DNA from: an uncultured candidate division Zixibacteria bacterium
GTDB taxonomy: Bacteria; Zixibacteria; MSB-5A5; GN15; FEB-12
Assembly (NCBI GenBank): GCA_963735035.1
Contig: CAVTJJ010000004.1
Span: 896,001 to 960,000, forward strand
Direction of reading: 5' to 3'
Length of the DNA: 64,000 nucleotides
Shown: positions 50,472 through 59,731 of the stretch, in pieces
Layout: each line of letters opens with the position of its first letter
Position numbering within the stretch: the stretch's first letter is position 1
The notes under the pieces: model-generated
Database searches by the model: none
What the model saw: the letters and a program-made list of their open reading frames with translations, nothing else
What the model was told of the DNA's origin: nothing
Position numbers and translations under genes: made by a program

Positions 50472-53400
50472 ATGACGAGAAAAGCACTAATTACGTTGTG
50501 CGTAGCAGTGCTGTTGACCGGGTTGCTGACTTTGTCGGCGTGGGCGGCCACGAATACTAAGGTCGACATTGCTGACGGCAAGCAGCTCGACAAGATTAAC
50601 AGCTTCAATGTTGGTCCATATCCGATGGAAGACCGTGCGGCCTTCGAAGAAGATGTGGCATTGCAAAGCACGGCTTCTTCTTCTGGCGCCCTCCGCGTAC
50701 CGGTCGGTTCGGCCGCTTCGCCGAACGTTGGCACCGGTGTGGGCGTCAGCATCGACCTGACCTGGCATGACGCGCAGTGGACTCGTGGCCAAGGTCGCCA
50801 GATCGCTCACTGGTGGAACGGCGCTACCGATGAAACCGCCGAAGTGAGCGTTCATTTTGCTTACATGACTATGCCGGATAGCCTCGAAACCACCGCCCCG
50901 TATACCAACACCGGCTACAACGTGTATGACGCCACGGTGACGTCGGGTAACTGGCCGCGCGGCCAGGATATCGGCTGCGATCTGCAGTCGGCTGACACGA
51001 TCGGACAGGCTGTCGCCGCAAGCATGGATATGACGTATAACGGTCGCGCCGTCATTGCTTCACAGGGCCAACATTTCCGCACCAAAGCCTCCGGTGCCGG
51101 TGCCGGCACACGTCTGAGCAGTAACTTCATCTACTATCAGGGTTCCGAATTCAACTGCACTTACGATCCGCGTTCGAATTTGAACGTTACCTGGATTGAT
51201 TCTACTGTCTACCGGCCGTTGTTCCTGGATCAGACCGCCGGGAGTTATTCGCGTGAGCCTCAGGTCAAGACACAGTGGGATGGCACCAATACGGTTGTGC
51301 ACCTGCTGTTGGGCGAGAATACTGCCGGTGTCACCCTGACCGGTGATGCCTACGCCGATGATCTCTCTTCATACAAGACCTGGAGTTACTTCCGCAAGGT
51401 CGGCAATACGTCCGCCGGTACCTGGAGTTCAGGCCAGATAATTGACTCGATCTGGTTCTCATGGACAGAACTTGCCGCTGCGGCATACCCGAATACAGGT
51501 GTGGCGGTGGTTTATGTCAACCCGTCGTACTACGGGTGTCTGCTTAACAACGGCGCCGATTTGGATGTCTGGGCTCGTGAGTCGTTCAACCGTGGTGTGA
51601 CCTGGCAGCCGGCCTATAGTGTTACCAACTACACCAACGCTATCGCCGGAGACCCGAATCACTTTACTTGCTGGTTGGAAGCCGGTTGTATGTTCGACAG
51701 TGAGGGTGACCTTCATGTTTACTGGACGGCCAAGCCGACCTCGGCCGATCCGTATTTCGACGGCTTTAACTGGAGTGATTTCGACGAGAACCTGTATCAC
51801 TGGGAAAAGACCAACGATGGCGCTGTCCCGGGTATTGGCGATGCCGTCAAGGTTGCCAATGGCAACTTCATGAACGACGACATGCTGACCGGTTCGATGA
51901 ACACCTTCCATTGTGGTTTTGGCGGCAGTAACGCTGGTTACCTCGCCTTCTCTACGATGGGTGAGTGCGATGGCAAGTTGTATATGGTCTGGTCGCAGAT
52001 TCACGAGCGTGCCAACCGGATGGCTTGGCGCAACGCTGCGACGCAGCCGGCTCCGGGCGTCCTGGACGACTGCTCCTACACGGGCAATCGGTATGCCATG
52101 GCCAACTGGGAGATCTTGATGTCGGTGGCTCAGCTCGGTTCTTCCACTCTGTGGGACGCCGCGCGTAACATCACCAACACCTATACTCCGAACTGCGGTT
52201 TGGCGGGCGATCCCGATGCCCAGGGGCCATGCGGTTCCGAATGGAAACCGTCAATTGAGCGTCAGGCCCTCGATGAGACCGGTCTGACTCTGACCTGGCC
52301 GGTCGCGGCCGCAGTCGACATGTCCCCGACGCACGACTATGCTGCTGGTCATTACTTGAACATGGAATATATGGACGACCAGTACCCAGGCCCGACCAAC
52401 TGGAGCGATCGCACCAATCCTCCTTCCACTCTGAACTCTGAGAAGTGGGTTCGTCTGGCCTGCGTGGAGCCGGTTGAGGCTTCGCAGATTAACGTAATTC
52501 CTAAATCAGTAGCGTGGCCGCAGTGGGTGGAGCTTGGCACGACCAAGAACTTTACCATTACGGTCGTGAACGACGGTAACGTGACTTTGAACGTTACTGA
52601 GATCGGCACGGCGGGCGGTTCCTGGCTGGGTGTGTCACAGCATCCGACAATCGGCAGCCCGTTCGCGGTAACGGCCGGTGTGGTTCGCACCCGGACGTTC
52701 GACTTGATTGCCAATGCCACCGCGCTGTCTTCGACCCAGTGGCTGGACGGCGAGATCTGGTTGAAGTCTGATGCCGCCAACAGCGATTCAATTTCGGTCG
52801 CGATTCACCTCCTGGCTGCGGCCAATGTCGAGGCCACGAAGTGGGATACGGTTACGACCCATGCCTATATGTTCGACGCGTTCTTTGAGCCGGCAGGCGC
52901 CTGCGTAGCTCTGGGCGTTGGTAACGACGGTGACCTCGGATGGGGTGCCGGAACCAGCGGAAGTATCAATCTTGATTATCGGGAATCCAATCTCGAGTGC
53001 GGAACCCGCCAGCGCGACGCCATGTATTTGGCGAGCGGCTCGGCCTTTACCTTGATGGCAACCAGTTCGACTGGTACCGGCGCGGAATTGACTCAGGTCA
53101 CAAACGACGCCAACCAGGCGGACGAAACCGGTTTCGACCCGACCCCGGAAAAGACCATGACCGGCGGTCTGGCGGCGAGCGGCAAGTACGACTCGACTTA
53201 CACGGGTAAGTTCGTGAACCGTGACACGACCATCGCTTTTGAGCGGGTAGTGTACGGTCCGCGTTCTGCCACTCCGGCAACTTCCACCATCAATTTCGTG
53301 ATTGTCCACACCTGGGTCTATTCGGCTGACGGTGCGGCCCACAATCACGTCACCATTGGTGATGTTCGTGACTGGGACGTCCCGGCCGACAGCGTTCCGC

Positions 53401-54185
53401 TGAACACGACCGGTGTTTCCAGTGCTGGTTTCGTTTACGTACAGGGTACTGACACGGTTCTTCACACTGCGTGTCAGACGAACTTGAACCGGTTTGCCAC
53501 TGAGGCTTTTGGTGGCGGTTACACCAAGGCTCAGTTCAATGCCGACCCGTGCGCGAACGATTCCACCGGCTATTTTGGTTTCAGCGCAGCCGACCAGTTG
53601 ATCATGGTCGACACGACGCATTATCGCAATGGCACGCCTCTCGTCCCGGTCCAGCCGGATCCGTCTCGTTGGTGGGATGTGACGAAGGTGCCGGGCCTGA
53701 ACGCCGATGCTTCGACTCAGGATCAGGCCGTCTGGTTGACCTACAAGCAGGATTACAACTTGTTGGCCAGCGACACGCTGCACTATTGGACCGTTATGAC
53801 TACGGTTCGCAATGGTTCGTTGTCTGATCTGGAAGCTCAGGTTGCGTATGCCAAGAACTGGTACAAGGAAATTCGAGGCTGCGTACCCATAAATCCGGCC
53901 TGCTGTATAGGGAAGGTCGGCAACGCCAACGGTACAGGCGGCGAGACTCCGACGATCGGTGACATCAGCGTGATGATCGATGCCAAGTTCATCACGGGTG
54001 CCTGTATTCCTTCGGGTCCGGGTGCCAACATCGTTTGTCTAGGTGAAGCTGACATGAACCTGTCCGGTGGACTTCACCCGACCTGTGGATCCATTACGAT
54101 CGGTGACATTTCGCTGTTGATCGACTGTCTGTTCATTACAGGCGAGCCGCCGTTCGTTCGCAGCAACTGTATGTCGGTGGACTAG
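50472..54185 (+). CDS. Large secreted dockerin-tagged protein, paralog P2
   Basis: 1,237-aa ORF with GAAAGGA RBS; same architecture as P1. Confidence 0.93.
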   Translation: MTRKALITLCVAVLLTGLLTLSAWAATNTKVDIADGKQLDKINSFNVGPYPMEDRAAFEEDVALQSTASSSGALRVPVGSAASPNVGTGVGVSIDLTWHDAQWTRGQGRQIAHWWNGATDETAEVSVHFAYMTMPDSLETTAPYTNTGYNVYDATVTSGNWPRGQDIGCDLQSADTIGQAVAASMDMTYNGRAVIASQGQHFRTKASGAGAGTRLSSNFIYYQGSEFNCTYDPRSNLNVTWIDSTVYRPLFLDQTAGSYSREPQVKTQWDGTNTVVHLLLGENTAGVTLTGDAYADDLSSYKTWSYFRKVGNTSAGTWSSGQIIDSIWFSWTELAAAAYPNTGVAVVYVNPSYYGCLLNNGADLDVWARESFNRGVTWQPAYSVTNYTNAIAGDPNHFTCWLEAGCMFDSEGDLHVYWTAKPTSADPYFDGFNWSDFDENLYHWEKTNDGAVPGIGDAVKVANGNFMNDDMLTGSMNTFHCGFGGSNAGYLAFSTMGECDGKLYMVWSQIHERANRMAWRNAATQPAPGVLDDCSYTGNRYAMANWEILMSVAQLGSSTLWDAARNITNTYTPNCGLAGDPDAQGPCGSEWKPSIERQALDETGLTLTWPVAAAVDMSPTHDYAAGHYLNMEYMDDQYPGPTNWSDRTNPPSTLNSEKWVRLACVEPVEASQINVIPKSVAWPQWVELGTTKNFTITVVNDGNVTLNVTEIGTAGGSWLGVSQHPTIGSPFAVTAGVVRTRTFDLIANATALSSTQWLDGEIWLKSDAANSDSISVAIHLLAAANVEATKWDTVTTHAYMFDAFFEPAGACVALGVGNDGDLGWGAGTSGSINLDYRESNLECGTRQRDAMYLASGSAFTLMATSSTGTGAELTQVTNDANQADETGFDPTPEKTMTGGLAASGKYDSTYTGKFVNRDTTIAFERVVYGPRSATPATSTINFVIVHTWVYSADGAAHNHVTIGDVRDWDVPADSVPLNTTGVSSAGFVYVQGTDTVLHTACQTNLNRFATEAFGGGYTKAQFNADPCANDSTGYFGFSAADQLIMVDTTHYRNGTPLVPVQPDPSRWWDVTKVPGLNADASTQDQAVWLTYKQDYNLLASDTLHYWTVMTTVRNGSLSDLEAQVAYAKNWYKEIRGCVPINPACCIGKVGNANGTGGETPTIGDISVMIDAKFITGACIPSGPGANIVCLGEADMNLSGGLHPTCGSITIGDISLLIDCLFITGEPPFVRSNCMSVD

Positions 54186-54226
54186 AATCGACCTCGCAAA
54201 GTCTTTGACTTTGTAGGGTGTGAATA

Positions 54227-54261
54227 AGCGGCCATCCCACATAGGGATGGCCGCTCTTTTT
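54227..54261 (+). terminator. Intrinsic terminator
   Basis: Same hairpin and T-tract as at 49833. Confidence 0.85.
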
Positions 54262-54392
54262 GTGCCAACCGGTACGGAGCGCTATCTGAAATCAGGTTCC
54301 GTCGGTATTCCAGTACTTCACACAGAAATATTTTCCACACGGTTCGAACCCGCGTGGCGAGCGGAATTCCAGCCTCTGGATAGATTAAGTGC

Positions 54393-54421
54393 TTGACAAA
54401 CAGGCCGGTAGATGCCATTCT
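54393..54421 (+). promoter_or_regulatory. Sigma70 promoter of P3
   Basis: TTGACA-17 nt-CATTCT with extended TG. Confidence 0.7.
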
Positions 54422-54430
54422 TAAGCAGTA

Positions 54431-54713
54431 GGTTCTCGATTGTTTTGACACCTTTGCGCTGCTTCAGAAGGACCTCAGAAGAGGTTAGGCCGGTCCCTGT
54501 CCATCTTTGCCTTGCCACCCTGTCTTCAGGGATCCACGGCTGACTAATTCATATATCGGACTAATATGCTGAGTCTTGCGACCCGCCGTCGCGAGGCCGG
54601 CTTTAGAATGCTGGAATACTGCTTTATTGGACACGCCAGCCATCGACCCTCCGTCGGCTAGTGCCACCGGAAGAAAAATTGGTGCGTCTTAAGGACAGTT
54701 GGACGAGTGAACC
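54431..54713 (+). ncRNA. Putative structured 5' leader RNA, copy B
   Basis: Second copy of 50038-50318 with the same predicted pairing. Confidence 0.6.
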
Positions 54714-54865
54714 TTTAGCGAGGAGGTAATTCACGCCCTTAGAGTAACATGACTCGTGATGCCAGGTGTTAATTTGCAGGCATCCGTGAGGTATTCAAAA
54801 GGAGAATAGGTTCTCGCGTCTGGAGTGCGGGGACTAAAATCAGCTAATCTTGAAAGGAAACGAGC

Positions 54866-57800
54866 ATGACGAGGAAAGCACTACTTACGTTGTGCGTAGC
54901 GGTGCTGTTGTCAGGGTTGCTGACTTTGTCGGCATGGGCGGCCACGAATACTAAGGCCGATATCGCTGACAGCAAGCAGCTCGATATGATTAACAGCTTC
55001 AATGTCGGTCCGTATCCGGTTGAGTATCGGCAAGCCACCACTGAGATGGGCTTGGAGCCCGTCACCCCGGCCTCTGGCGCTATTCGCATGCCGGTCGGTT
55101 CGGCCGCTTCGCCGAACGTCGGCACCGGTGTGGGCGTCAGTATCGATCTGACCTGGGACGATGCCCAGTGGACCTGGGGCAAGGGCCGCCAGATTGCTCA
55201 CTGGTGGAACGGCGCTACCGATGAAACCGCCGAAGTGAGCGTTCACTTTGCTTATCGGGCCAGCCCGGACACTGTCACCGGATATCCGTTTGGAAATACC
55301 GGCTACAACGTGTACGACGCTACCGTGACGTCGGGTAACTGGCCGCGCGGCCAGGACATCGGCTGCGATCTTCAGTCGGCCGATACCCTGGGTACCGGCA
55401 GCAGCCCGAGTATGGACGTGACCTTCAACGGTCGTGCCGTAATTGGCACCCTGGCTACGCATTTCCGCAGCATCGGCACTGACCGTCTGTATGATAACTT
55501 CATTTACTATCAGGGTTCCGAATTCAACTGCACTTACGATCCCCGTTCGAACCTGAACGTTACCTGGGTCGATTCGACTATGTATCGGCCGCTCATGATG
55601 CAGAACGTTGCGGGTACCTACTCGCGCGATCCGATAGTCAAGACTCAGTGGGATGGAACTAATACGATCACTCATTTGCTCCTGGGTGAAAACGTGGCTG
55701 AAGCCACCAATTTGACCGGTGATGCTTACGTAACCGATCTCGGCTACTATACCTGGACTTATTTCCGCAAAGTCGGCAATACGTCCGCCGGTACCTGGAC
55801 CAACGGCCGGATCATCGACTCGATCTGGTTTGTGTGGACGGAACTGGCTGCCGCCCCGTACCCGAATACGGGCGTGGCGGTGGTTTACACCAACCCGACG
55901 TACTATGGCGCGCTGTTGGAAAACGGCGGTGACATGGACGTCTGGGCTCGCGAGTCGTACGACCGTGGTATTAACTGGGCGCCTTCTTACAGCGTTACCA
56001 AGTACACCAACGCCCTGGCCGGTGATCCGAACCACTTTACGGCCTGGTTGGAAGCCGGCTGTATGTTCGACAGTGAAGGCGATCTTCACGTTTACTGGAC
56101 GGCCAAGCCGACCTCGGCTGATCCGTATTTCGATGGCTTCAACTGGAATGATTTCGACGAGAATCTGTATCACTGGGAAAAGACCAACGACGCTGCCGCC
56201 GTGGGCCTGGGCGATGCCGTCAAGGTTGCCAATGGCAACTTCATGAATGACGACATGCTGACCGGTTCGATGAACACCTTCCATTGTGGTTTTGGCGGAA
56301 GTAACGTTGGTTACCTCGGTTACTCCACGATGGGTGAGTGCGATGGCAAGTTGTATCTGGTCTGGTCGCAGATTCACGAGCGTGCCAATCGGTACCCGTG
56401 GCGCGACGCTGCGACGCAACCGGCTCCGGGCGTACTGGACGACTGCTCCTACACGGGCAATCGGTATGCCATGGCTAACTGGGAGATCTTGATGTCGGTG
56501 GCTCAGATCGGTTCTTCCACCCTGTGGGACGCCGCGCGCAACATCACCAACACCTATACTCCGAACTGCGGTTTGGCGGGCGATCCCGATGCCCAGGGAC
56601 TATGCGGTTCCGAATGGAAACCGTCGATCGAGCGTCAGGCTCTTGATGAGACCGGTCTGACTCTGACCTGGCCGGTCGCGGCCGCAGTCGACATGTCCCC
56701 GACGCACGACTATGCTGCTGGTCATTACTTGAACATGGAATATATGGACGACCAGTTCCCAGGTCCGTACGCTTGGGGGACGGGACGTACCAATCCTCCC
56801 GGTACTCAGAACTCTGAGAAGTGGATTCGTCTGGCTTGCGTCGAGCCGGTTGAGGCTTCGCAGATCGACGTAATGCCGGAGAACATCGCGTGGCCGCAGT
56901 GGGTGGAGCTTGGCACGACCAAGAACTTTACCATTACGGTCGTGAACGACGGTAACGTGACTTTGAACGTTACTGAGATCGGCACGGCGGGCGGTTCCTG
57001 GCTGGGTGTGTCACAGCATCCGTCGGTTGGCAGCCCGTTCACGGTGACGGCCGGTGTGGTTCGCACCCGGACGTTCGACTTGATCGCCAATGCCACCGCG
57101 TTGTCTTCGACTCAGTGGCTTGATGGCGAGATCTGGTTGAAGTCTGATGCCGCCAACATCGATTCAATTGCGGTCAAGGTTCACATCCTGGCCGCGGCCA
57201 ATGTTGAGGCCACGAAGTGGGATACGGTTACGACCCACGCCTATATGTTCGATGCGTTCTTTGAACCGGTAGGCGCTTGCGTAGCTCTGGGCGTTGGTAA
57301 CGACGGTGACCTCGGATGGGCCGCCGGAACCAGCGGAAGTATCAACCTTGATTATCGGGAATCCGGTCTCGAGTGCGGTACTCGTCAACGCGACGCGATG
57401 TATTTGTCGAGCGGCTCGACCTTTACCTTGATGGCGACCAGTTCGACTGGAACCGGCGCCGAGTTGACGCAGGTCACGGGCGACGCCAACCAGGCGGACG
57501 AAACCGGTTTCGACCCGACCCCGGAAAAGACCATGACCGGCGGTCTGGCGGCGAGCGGCAAGTACGACTCGACTTACACGGGTAAGTTCGTGAACCGTGA
57601 CACGACCATCGCTTTTGAGCGGGTAGTGTACGGTCCGCGTTCTGCCACTCCGGCAACTTCCACCATCAATTTCGTGATTGTCCACACCTGGGTCTATTCG
57701 GCTGACGGTGCGGCCCACAATCACGTCACCATTGGTGATGTTCGTGACTGGGACGTCCCGGCCGACAGCGTTCCGCTGAACACGACCGGTGTTTCCAGTG

Positions 57801-58561
57801 CTGGTTTCGTTTACGTACAGGGTACTGACACGGTTCTTCACACTGCGTGTCAGACGAACTTGAACCGGTTTGCCACTGAGGCTTTTGGTGGCGGTTACAC
57901 CAAGGCTCAGTTCAATGCCGATCCTTGCGCGAACGATTCCACCGCCTATTTTGGTTTCAGCGCAGCCGACCAGTTGATCATGGTCGACACGACGCATTAT
58001 CGCAATGGCACGCCTCTCGTCCCGTTCCAGCCGGATCCGTCTCGTTGGTGGGATGTGACGAAGGTACCGGGCCTGAACGCTGATGCCTCGACTCAGGATC
58101 AGGCCGTCTGGTTGACCTACAAGCAGGATTACAACTTGTTGGCCAGCGACACGCTGCACTATTGGACCGTTATGACTACGGTTCGCAATGGTTCGTTGTC
58201 TGATCTGGAAGCTCAGGTTGCGTATGCCAAGAACTGGTACAAGGAAATTCGAGGCTGCGTACCCATAAATCCGGCCTGCTGTATAGGGAAGGTCGGCAAC
58301 GCCAACGGTACTGGCGGCGAGACTCCGACGATCGGTGACATCAGCGTGATGATCGATGCCAAGTTCATCAGCGGTGCCTGTATATCTTCGGGTCCGGGTG
58401 CCAACATCGTTTGTCTAGGTGAAGCTGACATGAACCTGTCCGGTGGACTTCACCCGACCTGTGGATCCATTACGATCGGTGACATTTCGCTGTTGATCGA
58501 CTGTCTGTTCATTACAGGCGAGCCGCCGTTCGTTCGCAGCACCTGTATGTCAATAGACTAA
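54866..58561 (+). CDS. Large secreted dockerin-tagged protein, paralog P3
   Basis: 1,231-aa ORF, closest to P2; the last ~1 kb is nearly nucleotide-identical to P2. Confidence 0.93.
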   Translation: MTRKALLTLCVAVLLSGLLTLSAWAATNTKADIADSKQLDMINSFNVGPYPVEYRQATTEMGLEPVTPASGAIRMPVGSAASPNVGTGVGVSIDLTWDDAQWTWGKGRQIAHWWNGATDETAEVSVHFAYRASPDTVTGYPFGNTGYNVYDATVTSGNWPRGQDIGCDLQSADTLGTGSSPSMDVTFNGRAVIGTLATHFRSIGTDRLYDNFIYYQGSEFNCTYDPRSNLNVTWVDSTMYRPLMMQNVAGTYSRDPIVKTQWDGTNTITHLLLGENVAEATNLTGDAYVTDLGYYTWTYFRKVGNTSAGTWTNGRIIDSIWFVWTELAAAPYPNTGVAVVYTNPTYYGALLENGGDMDVWARESYDRGINWAPSYSVTKYTNALAGDPNHFTAWLEAGCMFDSEGDLHVYWTAKPTSADPYFDGFNWNDFDENLYHWEKTNDAAAVGLGDAVKVANGNFMNDDMLTGSMNTFHCGFGGSNVGYLGYSTMGECDGKLYLVWSQIHERANRYPWRDAATQPAPGVLDDCSYTGNRYAMANWEILMSVAQIGSSTLWDAARNITNTYTPNCGLAGDPDAQGLCGSEWKPSIERQALDETGLTLTWPVAAAVDMSPTHDYAAGHYLNMEYMDDQFPGPYAWGTGRTNPPGTQNSEKWIRLACVEPVEASQIDVMPENIAWPQWVELGTTKNFTITVVNDGNVTLNVTEIGTAGGSWLGVSQHPSVGSPFTVTAGVVRTRTFDLIANATALSSTQWLDGEIWLKSDAANIDSIAVKVHILAAANVEATKWDTVTTHAYMFDAFFEPVGACVALGVGNDGDLGWAAGTSGSINLDYRESGLECGTRQRDAMYLSSGSTFTLMATSSTGTGAELTQVTGDANQADETGFDPTPEKTMTGGLAASGKYDSTYTGKFVNRDTTIAFERVVYGPRSATPATSTINFVIVHTWVYSADGAAHNHVTIGDVRDWDVPADSVPLNTTGVSSAGFVYVQGTDTVLHTACQTNLNRFATEAFGGGYTKAQFNADPCANDSTAYFGFSAADQLIMVDTTHYRNGTPLVPFQPDPSRWWDVTKVPGLNADASTQDQAVWLTYKQDYNLLASDTLHYWTVMTTVRNGSLSDLEAQVAYAKNWYKEIRGCVPINPACCIGKVGNANGTGGETPTIGDISVMIDAKFISGACISSGPGANIVCLGEADMNLSGGLHPTCGSITIGDISLLIDCLFITGEPPFVRSTCMSID

Positions 58562-58618
58562 GCATGTCTCTTGACTGAAGTTGAGCTGGTGAAATCGCTG
58601 ATTTCGCCGGCCATGAAT

Positions 58619-58654
58619 AAGCGGCCATCCCAACTGGGATGGCCGCTTTCTTTT
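58619..58654 (+). terminator. Intrinsic terminator
   Basis: AAGCGGCCATCCCA-AC-TGGGATGGCCGCTT followed by TCTTTT. Confidence 0.85.
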
Positions 58655-58740
58655 CTTGCAAGCCTCGTGCGGTTTCACAAGAAGGTCTCCCAAATTGGGG
58701 CTTGAGTATCCCCGGTGGGTCTGTTACCTTCCCTGCCCAC

Positions 58741-59646
58741 ATGACCGAGTCCGGAACATATCTAGGTGAAGCGCTGGCCCTGATAACGGCTGTGGTCTGG
58801 GCGCTAGCTGTAGTTTTCTTCAAGAAGAGCGGCGAGCAGGTACATCCGGTCGGTTTGAACGTGTTCAAGAACCTGCTCGCGGCTGTTCTTCTCATTCCGA
58901 CCGCCTGGCTGTTCGGTGAAACGCTGCTTCGTCCGGTACCGGCCAGCGAATATATGCTGCTGCTGCTCAGTGGCGCACTTGGAATAGGCATCTCCGATAC
59001 CCTGTTCTTCATAAGTCTGAACACCCTGGGGGCAGGACTTTCGGCAATTGTCGACTGCCTCTACAGTCCTTTCGTTATCCTGTTTTCGATCATTCTCCTC
59101 GATGAACGGCTGACCCCGTGGCAGATCGTGGGCGTCGTCATGATTCTTTCGGCGGTGCTGTCAATTCTGGTGGAACGGCACGACGCCAACGTTCCCCGTC
59201 GAAGGATATTCCTCGGCATTCTCTGGGGAGCTCTGGCTATGGTGACCACCGCTCTGGGGATCGTGATTATCAAGCCGCTGTTGACCCGATCACCTTTGCT
59301 GTGGGCCACCGAAGTCCGCATGGTCGGAGGGTTGATAGTCCTCGCCCTTGTCCTGGCGGTTCTTCCGTACCGACGCCAGGTGCTCAAGTCGATTCTGTCT
59401 CGACGGAGGTGGCAGTTCACGGTCACCGGATCCCTGCTGGGAGCCTACGTCGCCATGATCCTCTGGTTGGCGGGAATGAAATTCACACAGGCGGCGACCG
59501 CGGCGGCGTTGAACCAGACCAGTAATGTCTTCGTTTTCATATTTGCCGCCCTGGTTCTAAAAGAGAAGATCACCAAAGTTAGAATGATCGCCATTTCGCT
59601 GGGCATAGCCGGAGCCTACCTGGTTACTTTCGGCGGTCCGTTCTGA
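58741..59646 (+). CDS. DMT/EamA family transporter
   Basis: About ten TM segments in two EamA-type repeats (..ILLDERLT.., ..LVLKEKIT..). Confidence 0.88.
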   Translation: MTESGTYLGEALALITAVVWALAVVFFKKSGEQVHPVGLNVFKNLLAAVLLIPTAWLFGETLLRPVPASEYMLLLLSGALGIGISDTLFFISLNTLGAGLSAIVDCLYSPFVILFSIILLDERLTPWQIVGVVMILSAVLSILVERHDANVPRRRIFLGILWGALAMVTTALGIVIIKPLLTRSPLLWATEVRMVGGLIVLALVLAVLPYRRQVLKSILSRRRWQFTVTGSLLGAYVAMILWLAGMKFTQAATAAALNQTSNVFVFIFAALVLKEKITKVRMIAISLGIAGAYLVTFGGPF

Positions 59647-59731
59647 GGCCTGGGACATCCCTGTTGACTTGCCGGCGCGGGCCACGTTTCTTTACCAGGA
59701 TTGTTAATTCAAACCGATAGGATACTGCTAC

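Noticed and set aside
51459..58159. Long minus-strand ORFs (51459, 52788, 54911, 57164)
   Set aside because: Shadows of the codon-biased paralog genes; they recur only because the sense genes are duplicated.
46064..58561. Diversity-generating retroelement (near-identical 3' repeats)
   Set aside because: No reverse transcriptase in the window, all repeats are coding, and the differences are not restricted to adenines.
12171..58561. Classical cellulosome
   Set aside because: No cohesin scaffoldin or dockerin-linked glycoside hydrolase is recognisable, and the GH57 gene has no signal peptide or dockerin.
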